NCBI GenBank assembly: GCA_012965425.1
Contig: DTSI01000155.1
Coordinates: forward strand, 55,157-119,156
DNA from: Methylococcaceae bacterium
Lineage (GTDB): Bacteria; Pseudomonadota; Gammaproteobacteria; Methylococcales; Methylomonadaceae
DNA: 64,000 nt
Direction: 5' to 3'
In this document: positions 20,183-31,153 of the stretch, piece after piece
Numbering within the stretch: position 1 is the first letter of the stretch
How the letters are laid out: the number at the start of each line of letters is the position of its first letter
Position numbers and translations under genes: made by a program
The notes under the pieces: generated by a model
Databases searched by the model: none
Seen by the model: the letters and a program-made list of their open reading frames with translations, nothing else
Told to the model about the DNA's origin: nothing

Positions 20183-21724
20183 TTAAACAGTCCCTTTTTG
20201 CGGGTGCGATCTAATATCGGAAGATTTAATCTTATTAATTGCATTAATGTAGGCTTTGGCAGAAGCAATCACAATATCTGTATCTGAACCTAAACCATTG
20301 ACAATTTTGCCATCTTGCTCCAAACGAACCGTAACTTCGCCTTGTGCATCGGTGCCATCGGTTATATTGTTTACTGAATATAACCTGAGTGCGGCATGAT
20401 TATCGACTAACTTATCAACCGCTCTAAGGCTTGCATCTACCGCTCCACTGCCTTCTGCATCTGCAGAAACCTCACGGTTATTTATACTTAAGGTCACATA
20501 GGCTATAGGAATTTCCCCGGTTTCGGAACAGACCTTTAGGGCGATAAACTTAATTGCATCATCCGAATCAGTGCTCGCCTCAGAGATTAATGCTTGTAAA
20601 TCCTCGTCAAAAATATCATGTTTCTTATCGGCTAACTGCTTAAACTTAAAAAACACATCATTCAACTCTTCCTCACCGGAAAAATCGATCCCGAGTTCAG
20701 TCATTCGTGTTTTAAATGCATTCCGTCCAGAATGCTTTCCCAAAACTATACGGTTTGCTGACCACCCTACATCTTCAGCACGCATTATTTCGTAGGTTTC
20801 TCTATTCTTTAAAACCCCGTCCTGATGAATGCCTGCTTCATGAGCAAAAGCATTAGCTCCGACAATAGCTTTATTAGGCTGCACAGGGAATCCCGTAATA
20901 CTGGAGACTAACTTTGAACAGGTTAAAATTTCTCGTGTATCGACAGTGGTTTCGCATGGGAAGACATCTTGTCGTGTCCGTACCGCCATCACCACCTCTT
21001 CAAGTGACGTGTTACCCGCTCTCTCACCCAAACCATTAATCGTACATTCAATTTGTCTGGCACCATTAATCACTGCCGACAAAGAGTTAGCAACGGCTAA
21101 TCCCAGATCATTGTGGCAATGTACTGAAAATATCGCCTTATCCGAATTAGGAATTCGTTCCATCAAATTCTTTATTGTAGTTCCAAATTGATCCGGTACA
21201 CTGTAGCCCACCGTGTCTGGAATATTTAACGTTGTTGCACCCGCATCAATCACAGCTTCAAGAATACGGCACAGAAAATCTTCTTCCGAACGGCCTGCAT
21301 CTTCAGGTGAGAACTCAACATTATCGGTATACCGTCGCGCACGCTTAACCGCTCTGACCGCGTACTCAATGACTTCATCCGGCTGCATATTCAACTTCAC
21401 TTGCATATGAATGGGTGAAGTTGCTATAAAGGTATGAATTCTTGAACTATTTGCATGCCGGAGTGCTTCACCGGCACGGTCAATATCTCTATCCAGTGCG
21501 CGTGACAAACCACAAACGGTACTGTCCTTAATAACGTCGGCTACGGCTCTTACTGCTTCAAAATCACCAATACTCGCAGCCGGAAAACCAGCCTCCATCA
21601 CATCAACTTTCAGGCGCTCCAAGGCCTTAGCTATCCTAACCTTTTCATCTTTGTTCATTGATGCGCCCGGGCTTTGTTCGCCATCACGCATGGTGGTATC
21701 AAAAATTATTAATTTATCTATCAT
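20183..21724 (-). CDS. leuA: 2-isopropylmalate synthase
   Basis: [28 protein letters not shown], and a LeuA dimerisation/regulatory C-domain. ATG 21724 has GGAG 5 nt upstream; the track start at 21739 is also possible. Confidence 0.95.
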   Translation of the reverse strand: MIDKLIIFDTTMRDGEQSPGASMNKDEKVRIAKALERLKVDVMEAGFPAASIGDFEAVRAVADVIKDSTVCGLSRALDRDIDRAGEALRHANSSRIHTFIATSPIHMQVKLNMQPDEVIEYAVRAVKRARRYTDNVEFSPEDAGRSEEDFLCRILEAVIDAGATTLNIPDTVGYSVPDQFGTTIKNLMERIPNSDKAIFSVHCHNDLGLAVANSLSAVINGARQIECTINGLGERAGNTSLEEVVMAVRTRQDVFPCETTVDTREILTCSKLVSSITGFPVQPNKAIVGANAFAHEAGIHQDGVLKNRETYEIMRAEDVGWSANRIVLGKHSGRNAFKTRMTELGIDFSGEEELNDVFFKFKQLADKKHDIFDEDLQALISEASTDSDDAIKFIALKVCSETGEIPIAYVTLSINNREVSADAEGSGAVDASLRAVDKLVDNHAALRLYSVNNITDGTDAQGEVTVRLEQDGKIVNGLGSDTDIVIASAKAYINAINKIKSSDIRSHPQKGTV

Positions 21725-21843
21725 GAGAACTCCATTCATGAAGAAACTTCAGTCTTAGACTGAAAAAAAGGCCCTGCGTTTCGAGGTGAGTTTCTTATAC
21801 CAGGACACAACACCCCAGAACTGTTAATAGACTCAATTACCAG

Positions 21844-22593
21844 TTAATCCTCGCTCTTCTTAGCCACCCTTCTTTGCCGTGCTAGAAGCGCCACAATAGG
21901 TCCTGAAACGGCATAACTCATCGCCATTAAAAATAACATGATTGCAGGCTCTGCAAAGATAATACCGATTACTAACATAACACCAATGGTTACTACAAAA
22001 CTTACACGGCTTTTAATATCAATATCTTTAAAACTGTAATAAGGGAAATTACTGACCATTAACAACCCTGTCATAATTGACAAAAGTAAAGCAAAGTATT
22101 TAAATGCACCTTCATCAAAACCAAAACTATAAGCCTCACTAATCCAAATATAACCGGCTAATATTGCAGCAGCAGCAGGACTTGGGAGCCCTTGAAAATA
22201 ACGTTTATCAGCCACTTCTAGCTGCGTATTAAAACGTGCCAACCTTAATGCGCCACCCGCAACATGAACAAAAGCGGCAAACAAGCCCAATTGCCCAAGC
22301 TCAGAAAAGGCCCACAAATACATAATTACTGCTGGAGCAAGCGCGAACGAGATCACGTCTGCCATACTATCGTACTGTGCACCGAACTCACTTTGCGTAT
22401 TAGTCATACGCGCCACACGGCCATCCATGCCATCTAAAATTTGTGCCACAAAAATGGCCGCTGCAGCTACTGCAAATTCACCATGGATTGCCGAAACAAT
22501 GCCATAAAATCCAGAAAATATTGCTGCGGTAGTTAATAGATTCGGCAATAAATAAATACCACGCTGACGAATTGTTAGTTTTTTTGATTTCAT
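21844..22593 (-). CDS. pssA: CDP-diacylglycerol--serine O-phosphatidyltransferase
   Basis: 249 aa, multi-TM. CDP-alcohol phosphatidyltransferase motif DGMDGRVARMTNTQSEFGAQYDSMAD. Confidence 0.9.
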   Translation of the reverse strand: MKSKKLTIRQRGIYLLPNLLTTAAIFSGFYGIVSAIHGEFAVAAAAIFVAQILDGMDGRVARMTNTQSEFGAQYDSMADVISFALAPAVIMYLWAFSELGQLGLFAAFVHVAGGALRLARFNTQLEVADKRYFQGLPSPAAAAILAGYIWISEAYSFGFDEGAFKYFALLLSIMTGLLMVSNFPYYSFKDIDIKSRVSFVVTIGVMLVIGIIFAEPAIMLFLMAMSYAVSGPIVALLARQRRVAKKSED

Positions 22594-22685
22594 ATTTTTT
22601 TCAATTTTAGAAAAACACTTTCAGCTAAAACTTCAACCGTAACGGATAACTTATTAGCTTACCCGCTCGGTTAAGTGTTAGCAGA

Positions 22686-23915
22686 TTAATGCTGAACGTC
22701 TATGCGTGCACCCTTAGTCTGTCCAATCTCATCTAACATTTCATTAAACCAATCTAACTCCAAATTAAACGGCTTGCCGCCTTTAATACGAGGAAACTCA
22801 ATGGCCCGCAAGATATTACCCTGATCTTCATCATGCCCCATAACACCCGATTCGCCGCGCAATGCACATTCAACCGCCAAATCCGCACAGGATTTAATTA
22901 AGCGAATATCTTCCGCATTAGAGACAGAAGCGCGGCCAAAATAACCCGACTTCTGAATTAGTGTTTTTTCTGCACCAATCATTTTAGAAAATTGCTCACC
23001 AAACCACTTGCCCGGATTAACAGCATCTAACTTAATATGACCGAATGCATCACGCGGTACTTCTTCACCATTGGCCTGCATCTCTGCCACAATTGCTTCG
23101 ACACCCGCACCTTCCGAGATAAAAATATTAATACAATCAACATTGTCCATAATGTTACGCAAACGCCTCGCTTCTTCTGCAAAATCTATTTCCATTTCTG
23201 GAATATAAATCCCATGCACCTCATAACCATCACGGTTAAGACCCAAACCCGGCAACCATTGGCGTTGTTCTAATAATTTTCTATATTCCAGTGCTGTCGC
23301 CGCAGTCAACCACCCACAATTTCGACCCATGACCTCATGAACGATAAGCATTCTCGGATTCGAATTATTTTCTGCAACCACATTCTGAAAATAACGCGCC
23401 CCTTGCTCAGCAGCAGTCCAAGCACCTAGCGACTGCTTAATCGGGAAGACATCATTATCTACTGTTTTCGGCAAACCTATCACTGTTAAGCCGTAATCAT
23501 TGTCAGATAAAAAAGCAGCTAAATTAGCGGCGGCAATATTTGTATCATCACCGCCCACTGTATGCAAAACGTCAACACCGTCTTTAATGAGTTGATCGGC
23601 AGCCACTTTCTGAGGGTCCTCGCCTTCCTCAACTAACCCCCGAGCGACACAGTCCTTTATATTCGTTAACTTTACGCGACTATTACCGATCGGTGAACCA
23701 CCAAAACCATGTAGCAAGCCTACGTTTTCTCTAATTTCAGGCGTTACCGAATAATAATCACCTAACAATAAGCCTTTATACCCACTGCGATAACAAATAA
23801 TCTCAATCGTAGGGTCAATTTCACTATAACGTTCAATCAAGCTTCCAATAGCAGAACTCAGGCAAGGGGCAAGACCGCCCGCCGTAAGAATCGCAACTTT
23901 TTTTGGTTTAGTCAT
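22686..23915 (-). CDS. pfp: pyrophosphate-dependent 6-phosphofructokinase (PPi-PFK)
   Basis: 409 aa of the PFK fold. It has GGDDT (ATP-PFKs have GGDGS) and PKTVDND (ATP-PFKs have PGTIDND). These two substitutions are classically linked to PPi specificity. Confidence 0.8.
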   Translation of the reverse strand: MTKPKKVAILTAGGLAPCLSSAIGSLIERYSEIDPTIEIICYRSGYKGLLLGDYYSVTPEIRENVGLLHGFGGSPIGNSRVKLTNIKDCVARGLVEEGEDPQKVAADQLIKDGVDVLHTVGGDDTNIAAANLAAFLSDNDYGLTVIGLPKTVDNDVFPIKQSLGAWTAAEQGARYFQNVVAENNSNPRMLIVHEVMGRNCGWLTAATALEYRKLLEQRQWLPGLGLNRDGYEVHGIYIPEMEIDFAEEARRLRNIMDNVDCINIFISEGAGVEAIVAEMQANGEEVPRDAFGHIKLDAVNPGKWFGEQFSKMIGAEKTLIQKSGYFGRASVSNAEDIRLIKSCADLAVECALRGESGVMGHDEDQGNILRAIEFPRIKGGKPFNLELDWFNEMLDEIGQTKGARIDVQH

Positions 23916-23972
23916 ATTTCTTCAATCTTCTAATTAAATTTAAAACACTTGATCACATCCGCTAAGAAAAAC

Positions 23973-23997
23973 AGATCTGACCGATGCAGCCAGATCT
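23973..23997 (-). terminator. probable ilvC terminator
   Basis: On the minus strand a 7-bp stem (agatctg/cagatct, 11-nt loop) is followed by GTTTTT, which is the A-run at 23967-23971 on the plus strand. Confidence 0.45.
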
Positions 23998-24014
23998 TTA
24001 ATTTCTCAAACTTA

Positions 24015-25058
<1,044 letters not shown>

Positions 25059-25120
25059 TCATCATTAACTATCAAGACCTTCTAAACGGTATCAATAGTC
25101 TGTTTTTTATTCTGTTACTG

Positions 25121-25612
25121 TCATGAGATCAGGCTACCTGTCCCTCTGGGTAATCCAGTAGCACCGGTACGAATAATTTCAATAATATTATGCGTGCTGA
25201 TAGCAGCAACAAAAGCATCTAATTTTTCAGAAGACCCCGTCATCTCAATCATGTAACTATTTGAAGTCACATCAATCACCTTGCCACGAAAAATATCAGC
25301 CATCCGCTTAATTTCTGCTCGACTACTCGGCTCTGTTTGAACCTTAATCAACATCAATTCCCGCTCAACATGCACGACATCTGCTAAATCAGTCAATTTA
25401 ACGACATCAATTAATTTATTCAGTTGCTTAACAATTTGCTCAATAACTTCGTCACTACCCCGCGTCACCAAAGTCATCCTAGACAATGTCACATCATCTG
25501 TCGGTGCAACCGTTAGTGATTCTATATTATAGCCGCGTGCAGAAAACAACCCAGCGACACGTGACAACGCACCGGATTCATTCTCAATCAAAATTGATAT
25601 TATATGCCGCAT
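25121..25612 (-). CDS. ilvH: acetolactate synthase small (regulatory) subunit
   Basis: 163 aa. ACT domain (ILIENESGALSRVAGLFSARGYNIESL). The start overlaps the ilvI stop. Confidence 0.9.
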   Translation of the reverse strand: MRHIISILIENESGALSRVAGLFSARGYNIESLTVAPTDDVTLSRMTLVTRGSDEVIEQIVKQLNKLIDVVKLTDLADVVHVERELMLIKVQTEPSSRAEIKRMADIFRGKVIDVTSNSYMIEMTGSSEKLDAFVAAISTHNIIEIIRTGATGLPRGTGSLIS

Positions 25613-27354
25613 TATGCCAACTCCCTATCAATAGGGGTGCCTGGCGCGACTCTTAACCGCATATCATGATGACCTTTCCCTGCTTCAATCATAGGATAAA
25701 CATTTTCTTTTTGGTCAGTAATAATATCCAGAAAAACGGTTCTATCTTTCATAGCAAATGCTTCTTCCAATGCCGGCGTAACATCCTCTGGCTTATCAAT
25801 CTGCATCCCCACATGCCCGTATGCCTCTGCCAACTTAACAAAATCAGGCAATGCTTCTAAATAAGAATGCGAATAACGACCTTCATAGGAGAACTCTTGC
25901 CACTGACGCACCATCCCCATATAACGATTATTCAAATTAATAATTTTGACTGGTGTTTGGTATTGCTGCGCTGTCGATAATTCTTGGATACACATTTGAA
26001 TACTGGCTTCACCCGTAATACAAGCTACGTCTGCATCAGGATGTGCCAACTTTACACCAATAGCCGCCGGTAAACCAAACCCCATCGTGCCTAGTCCTCC
26101 GGAGTTAATCCAACGCCTGGGTTCATCAAAGTGATAAAACTGAGCCGCATACATCTGATGCTGGCCCACGTCAGAGGTAATAAAAGCATTACCTGCCGTT
26201 ACCTTATAAAGTTGTTCAACCACATACTGTGGTTTAATTAACGCACTTTCACGATCATATTCTAAACAATTAACTGACTGCCATTCTTTAATCCGATCCC
26301 ACCACGCTGCCAACGCCTCTGTATCTATTCGACTGCCGTTAACGTTAATTTCAGCGATTAATTGCTTCAAAACAATACCAACTTCACCGACAATTGGCAC
26401 ATCAACTTTAACCGTTTTAGCAATGGATGCCGGATCAATATCAATATGAATGATTTTAGCGTAGGGACAAAACTCCGTTAATTTACCCGTTACCCGATCA
26501 TCAAAACGCGCACCAATAGCAATAATGACATCACTTTCATGCATCCCCATATTAGATTCGTATGTACCGTGCATACCCAACATACCGATAAACTGAGCAT
26601 CAGTCGCTGGAAAAGCGCCTAACCCCATCAGTGTACTGGTTACCGGATAGCCAAGCAGACGCGAAAAAGTTCGCAACTCATCACTCGCCTCACCTAAAAC
26701 AACGCCTCCGCCAGAGTAAATCATCGGTCGTTTCGCTGACAATAACAAATCAACCGCTTTCTGAACTTGCCTCTGATCTCCTTCTCGCGGAGGCTTATAG
26801 GATCGCATACTAACTGACTCAGGGTAGACATAAGGCACTTTAATATTCGGGTCCGTGAGATCTTTAGGGATATCCACAACCACCGGCCCAGGTCGTCCTG
26901 TGGTCGCAACATGGAATGCTTTTTTCATGGTTTCAGCAATATCAGCCACATTGTTAACCAAAAAATTATGCTTCACACACGGCCGGGTAATCCCAACCAT
27001 ATCAACTTCTTGAAAAGCATCACTGCCGATCACTGCCGATGGCACTTGCCCAGAAATCACCACCAGGGGAATTGAGTCCATATAAGCCGTCGCAATGCCA
27101 GTCACAGCATTGGTCGCACCGGGTCCTGATGTTACTAACACAACCCCCGGCTTACCGGTAGAACGCGCATACGCGTCTGCTGCATGCGTCGCCGCCTGTT
27201 CATGGCGCACGAGAATGTGTTGCACATCATCCTGCTGAAAGATTGCATCGTACAAATGCAATACTGCCCCACCCGGATACCCAAAAATTAATTCTACGCC
27301 TTCGTCTTTTAGACACTGGACAACAATCTGCCCGCCACTCAGTTCCACACTCAT
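25612..27354 (-). CDS. ilvI: acetolactate synthase large (catalytic) subunit
   Basis: 580 aa. ThDP-binding motif GGLGTMGFGLPAAIG...NLNNRYMGMVRQWQ. GAGGA lies upstream of the ATG. Confidence 0.95.
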   Translation of the reverse strand: MSVELSGGQIVVQCLKDEGVELIFGYPGGAVLHLYDAIFQQDDVQHILVRHEQAATHAADAYARSTGKPGVVLVTSGPGATNAVTGIATAYMDSIPLVVISGQVPSAVIGSDAFQEVDMVGITRPCVKHNFLVNNVADIAETMKKAFHVATTGRPGPVVVDIPKDLTDPNIKVPYVYPESVSMRSYKPPREGDQRQVQKAVDLLLSAKRPMIYSGGGVVLGEASDELRTFSRLLGYPVTSTLMGLGAFPATDAQFIGMLGMHGTYESNMGMHESDVIIAIGARFDDRVTGKLTEFCPYAKIIHIDIDPASIAKTVKVDVPIVGEVGIVLKQLIAEINVNGSRIDTEALAAWWDRIKEWQSVNCLEYDRESALIKPQYVVEQLYKVTAGNAFITSDVGQHQMYAAQFYHFDEPRRWINSGGLGTMGFGLPAAIGVKLAHPDADVACITGEASIQMCIQELSTAQQYQTPVKIINLNNRYMGMVRQWQEFSYEGRYSHSYLEALPDFVKLAEAYGHVGMQIDKPEDVTPALEEAFAMKDRTVFLDIITDQKENVYPMIEAGKGHHDMRLRVAPGTPIDRELA

Positions 27355-27631
27355 ATCCTCAAAAACTGTATTTAATCACCACCCTCATCATTGTTTTAAA
27401 CGCACAAAACACAAGGGATATAAAAAACCATACCAATTTTAACACCGTAACCCTTAATCATACTTGTTCCTTGTAAAATTGTCATTTATAGGCACAAAAA
27501 AACTTTGTTTTCCTGCCCAATAGCGTCATTTTTCTTTTAAAAAAAGATCAAAATGTTACTATTCCCTACAGTTTCTTCATGTCCTCATACCGCCGGTAAA
27601 TGGCCAAAAACGTTAGGTAAAATAACCTCCC

Positions 27632-28513
27632 ATGACCACCCTCAGCCCAAAAACCAACGAATCAGCAGCCACGCAACTGCGTCGACTACTCGAACAACCG
27701 GAATTATTGGCGATACCCGGGTGCCACGACGGCCTTTCCGCAAAACTTTGCGAACAAGCGGGCTTTAGGAGTGCTTTTATGAGCGGATTTGCCGTATCAG
27801 CCAGCCGACTGGGACTGCCTGACACCGGCCTAATTTCTTATGGAGAAATGCTCAACCAAGGGCAAAACATCTGTAACGCGGTCTCAATACCAATCTGGGG
27901 TGATGGCGACACCGGCTTTGGCAATGCCATCAATATCAAGCGAACCGTTCAGGGCTATGCCCAAGCAGGCTTTGCCTGCATTATGCTTGAAGACCAGGTC
28001 GCCCCCAAACGCTGCGGTCATACCCAAGGAAAATCTGTCGTCAGCCGAAATGAGGCGGCTATGCGCATTCAAGCCGCAGTCGATGCACGAAACGAGGGCG
28101 CGGACATTCTCATTATGGCAAGAACCGACGCCAGAGCAACACACGGGTTAAATGAAGCTATCGCCCGAACTCAACTTTTCCACGAAATTGGCGCTGACAT
28201 TAATTTTCTAGAAGCCCCTGAAAGCCTTCAGGAAATGCAGCAATACTGCCAATCCACACCGGGTTATAAACTAGCCAACCTGATTGAACACGGTAAAACC
28301 CCCCTCCTAAGCCACGACAAATTACACCAATTAGGCTATAAAATTGCCGTCTACCCCCTCACTTTGCTAAATAGCTCTATTCAATCCATGCAGCACGCCT
28401 TAGTCGCCTTAAAGAGCGGCCACCCACCGGCTGGACTCAACTTCAGTGAACTGACAAAAGCGGTCGGATTTAACGACTATTATCACGAAGAAAAGACCTA
28501 TAAAGTCGATTAA
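27632..28513 (+). CDS. isocitrate lyase/PEP mutase superfamily protein (methylisocitrate-lyase / oxaloacetate-decarboxylase-like)
   Basis: 293 aa. Motifs GDGDTGFG, EDQVAPKRCGH and ARTDA. The exact specificity cannot be called from the sequence. Confidence 0.8.
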   Translation: MTTLSPKTNESAATQLRRLLEQPELLAIPGCHDGLSAKLCEQAGFRSAFMSGFAVSASRLGLPDTGLISYGEMLNQGQNICNAVSIPIWGDGDTGFGNAINIKRTVQGYAQAGFACIMLEDQVAPKRCGHTQGKSVVSRNEAAMRIQAAVDARNEGADILIMARTDARATHGLNEAIARTQLFHEIGADINFLEAPESLQEMQQYCQSTPGYKLANLIEHGKTPLLSHDKLHQLGYKIAVYPLTLLNSSIQSMQHALVALKSGHPPAGLNFSELTKAVGFNDYYHEEKTYKVD

Positions 28514-28517
28514 AACA

Positions 28518-29333
28518 TCATACCTCCAATTCAACCTCATACCCTGAAAATTTCCGAATATTGATAACACCGGTATCTAAAATCAAATATTGCCCTTTAA
28601 TTCCTTGCAGTAACCCAGAAACTTCAGCTTGTTTATCCAAGTTAAATGACTTAACTTTTTCAGGGTACACGGTCACCGGAAAATGAATATCCACTACCGC
28701 CTCAGCATCAAGATATTCAATAGCATCTTGACCAAACGACTCTGCTACCGCGGCCAACTCCTCCTGACATTCTGCAACTAGCCGATCACGTACCACCACC
28801 AAATCTTCATCACCCACTTGATTCTTCAACATCCGCTGCCAATTGGTTTTATCTTTAATATGTTTTGCCAGAACAACTTCAATAAGACCCGATAAATACC
28901 GTGATTTTACTTTAAAAACAGGCAATGCCTGAACCGCCCCTTGATCAATCCAACGAACAGGGATTTGCGAATATCGCGTAATCCCCACCTTAACACCGGA
29001 TGTTTTTGCCAAATACACAAAATGAGGCTGCATACAAAAAGTTTCGCCCCACTCAGGCTCTCGGCAGGTTCCCTGTTCGAAATGACATTGCTCAGGTTTC
29101 ATAATGCACATATCACACCGAGCTAACGAAATAAAACAAGGGTAACAATGCCCTTGATTAAAACTTTTCTTCGTCTGGCGCCCACAATGTACACAAAAAA
29201 TCTTACCGGTATAACGCAAAACAATAGACCGCCCAATCAAAGCATTCAAATTGACCCGCTCATCCGTCAATGGCAATTGATAAGCAACAGTCTCATCCAA
29301 TTTAACAACCATCTTTCTTAACCGTCCTAACAT
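28518..29333 (-). CDS. DUF2797-like Cys-rich protein
   Basis: 271 aa. Three CxxC pairs (CVHC, CYPC, CDMC) plus three further Cys between residues 47 and 100, followed by FVYLAKTSGVKVGITR. The family assignment is from memory of DUF2797 architecture. Confidence 0.55.
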   Translation of the reverse strand: MLGRLRKMVVKLDETVAYQLPLTDERVNLNALIGRSIVLRYTGKIFCVHCGRQTKKSFNQGHCYPCFISLARCDMCIMKPEQCHFEQGTCREPEWGETFCMQPHFVYLAKTSGVKVGITRYSQIPVRWIDQGAVQALPVFKVKSRYLSGLIEVVLAKHIKDKTNWQRMLKNQVGDEDLVVVRDRLVAECQEELAAVAESFGQDAIEYLDAEAVVDIHFPVTVYPEKVKSFNLDKQAEVSGLLQGIKGQYLILDTGVINIRKFSGYEVELEV

Positions 29334-29478
29334 ATCCCCTCTTAAATACTTAATTATTCAAAATAAGCCCCAGTTTAGCACCGGATAAAGACTAACAATG
29401 ACAGGAAAAACAAGCTATTCTTTAACTCACTAATCCCACAGTGCTTTTTTAAGTTTAATTAAATCTTAAGGAATCAGT

Positions 29479-30045
29479 ATGCCCTTATACAATGTCTCAC
29501 CCGGCAAGAACCCGCCCCACGATATCAATGTTATTATCGAAATCCCCGCCCAAGGAAACCCGGTTAAATACGAAGTCGACAAAGAATCTGCCGCTTTATT
29601 TGTGGATCGGTTCATGGGCACCGCTATGCAATACCCTAGCAACTACGGTTATATTCCACAAACATTATCCAGCGATGACGACCCCGTGGATGTGCTTGTG
29701 GTCACACCGGTGCCGCTCTTATCGCGCTGCATCATTCGCTGTCGCCCCGTAGGGCTGCTTGATGTTACTGACGACGCCGGACCTGACCCCAAAATTCTCG
29801 CTGTACCGATCAAAAAGCTAACGTCTTTTTATAACCATATAGACGATTATCAAGATTTCCCCGAGGCCTCGTTGATAACCATTGCTCATTTCTTTGAGCA
29901 CTATAAAGACCTAGAAGATGACAAATGGGTACAAGTCAAGGGCTGGCTGAACAAAGAGGCCGCCTATGACGAAATTACCAAATCGATTCAACGTTATCAA
30001 TTAAACCAAAGCAATCGCCGCGAACTAGACCGAAGGTCCTGTTAA
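29479..30045 (+). CDS. ppa: inorganic diphosphatase (family I)
   Basis: 188 aa. Motifs [33 protein letters not shown] and [12 protein letters not shown]. Confidence 0.9.
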   Translation: MPLYNVSPGKNPPHDINVIIEIPAQGNPVKYEVDKESAALFVDRFMGTAMQYPSNYGYIPQTLSSDDDPVDVLVVTPVPLLSRCIIRCRPVGLLDVTDDAGPDPKILAVPIKKLTSFYNHIDDYQDFPEASLITIAHFFEHYKDLEDDKWVQVKGWLNKEAAYDEITKSIQRYQLNQSNRRELDRRSC

Positions 30046-30049
30046 CCAG

Positions 30050-30682
30050 ATGCCCTACCTATTTAATGACGCCCGCATCCTTGCCTTCAGTAAAGCCCCC
30101 ACACCGGGGCAAGTTAAGACCCGACTCTGCCCCCCGCTAACCGATCAAGCCGCCGCCCAAGTACACAAACAACTTACAATCAGCACCTTAGAAATGGCCT
30201 GCAAAGAAGCCATTTGCCCGACCCAACTGTGGTGTAGCCCATCTCCTGCACACAAGTTCTTTACAACACTCAAAGGAAACTTTCCGATTACCTTAGAAAA
30301 ACAAGTGGGGAATAATTTAGGGGAAAAAATGCACCACGCCTTCTGCTCATCCCTTCAATCAGCACGACACGTCATCCTCATTGGGTCAGATTCACCCTCA
30401 CTATCACCTGAAGTTTTGAAAAATGCAATTATGGCACTCAAGAACCGCCATGACATTACACTGGCCCCTGCAACAGACGGCGGTTATGCTTTAATCGGAC
30501 TCAACCGACCACAGGAGCTAATATTTAAGGATATAAACTGGGGGAAAGAAGACGTTCTAAAAACAACGCTTAAGCGCATCAAGAGCTTAACGCTTAACTA
30601 CTACGAATTACCACTGCAATGGGATGTCGACACCCCTGAAGACCTGATCCGCTACCAAGCACTCAAACAAAACATACCTTGA
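30050..30682 (+). CDS. DUF2064 / TIGR04282-type GT-A-fold nucleotidyl/glycosyl-transferase-like protein
   Basis: 210 aa. N-terminal AFSKAPTPGQVKTRLCPPL signature, IGSDSP, and DGGYALIGL. The gene starts 4 nt after the ppa stop. Confidence 0.65.
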   Translation: MPYLFNDARILAFSKAPTPGQVKTRLCPPLTDQAAAQVHKQLTISTLEMACKEAICPTQLWCSPSPAHKFFTTLKGNFPITLEKQVGNNLGEKMHHAFCSSLQSARHVILIGSDSPSLSPEVLKNAIMALKNRHDITLAPATDGGYALIGLNRPQELIFKDINWGKEDVLKTTLKRIKSLTLNYYELPLQWDVDTPEDLIRYQALKQNIP

Positions 30683-30684
30683 AT

Positions 30685-31065
30685 TTAAGCGGCCTGAACC
30701 GGAATAGCATGACCACAACGAACCACTTCATTGTCAGCGTTAAAATAAATCAGCTTAGGCTTGAAAGATTCCAATTCTTGCGCATCAAGCGCAGCATAAG
30801 CGCATATAATCACTAAATCACCCTTACTGGCCAACCGCGCTGCGGCTCCATTTACGGAAATAATACCAGAACCGTCCTCTGCTCGAATTACATAGGTGGT
30901 AAAACGCGCACCATTATCAATATTATAGATCTGAATCTGCTCATACTCACGGATTCCGGCCAATTCAAGAAATTTACCGTCTATCGCACAAGACCCCTCG
31001 TAATCAAGCTCAGAATGAGTAACACTCGCTCGATGTAATTTTGCTTTGAGCATTGTTGTCAGCAT
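30685..31065 (-). CDS. panD: aspartate 1-decarboxylase
   Basis: [16 protein letters not shown]... with the self-processing site [11 protein letters not shown] 31065 gives the canonical 126 aa; the track ORF extends a further 20 codons upstream. Confidence 0.9.
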   Translation of the reverse strand: MLTTMLKAKLHRASVTHSELDYEGSCAIDGKFLELAGIREYEQIQIYNIDNGARFTTYVIRAEDGSGIISVNGAAARLASKGDLVIICAYAALDAQELESFKPKLIYFNADNEVVRCGHAIPVQAA

Positions 31066-31153
31066 AAGTAAGCTCTCAATATTTTTGGAACAGAATATTA
31101 TGCCGCAATCTAATAAGACACACAACCAAAATATCTTCTACGCTCATTTAAAA

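Noticed and set aside
27021-27040. Perfect tandem duplication of the 10-mer cactgccgat inside ilvI
   Set aside because: It translates in-frame to ...PSAVIGSDAFQE..., which aligns without a gap to E. coli IlvI (...TSLIGYDAFQE...). It is therefore coincidental codon repetition, not an insertion or a slippage product.
27553-27825. 71-aa (+) and 70-aa (-) ORFs overlapping the start of the PEP-mutase-family gene, and the 103-aa alternative-frame ORF at 27840-28151
   Set aside because: They overlap the conserved N-terminus or core of a clearly homologous enzyme. Their products are Pro/Arg/Ser-rich, as expected for off-frame translation.
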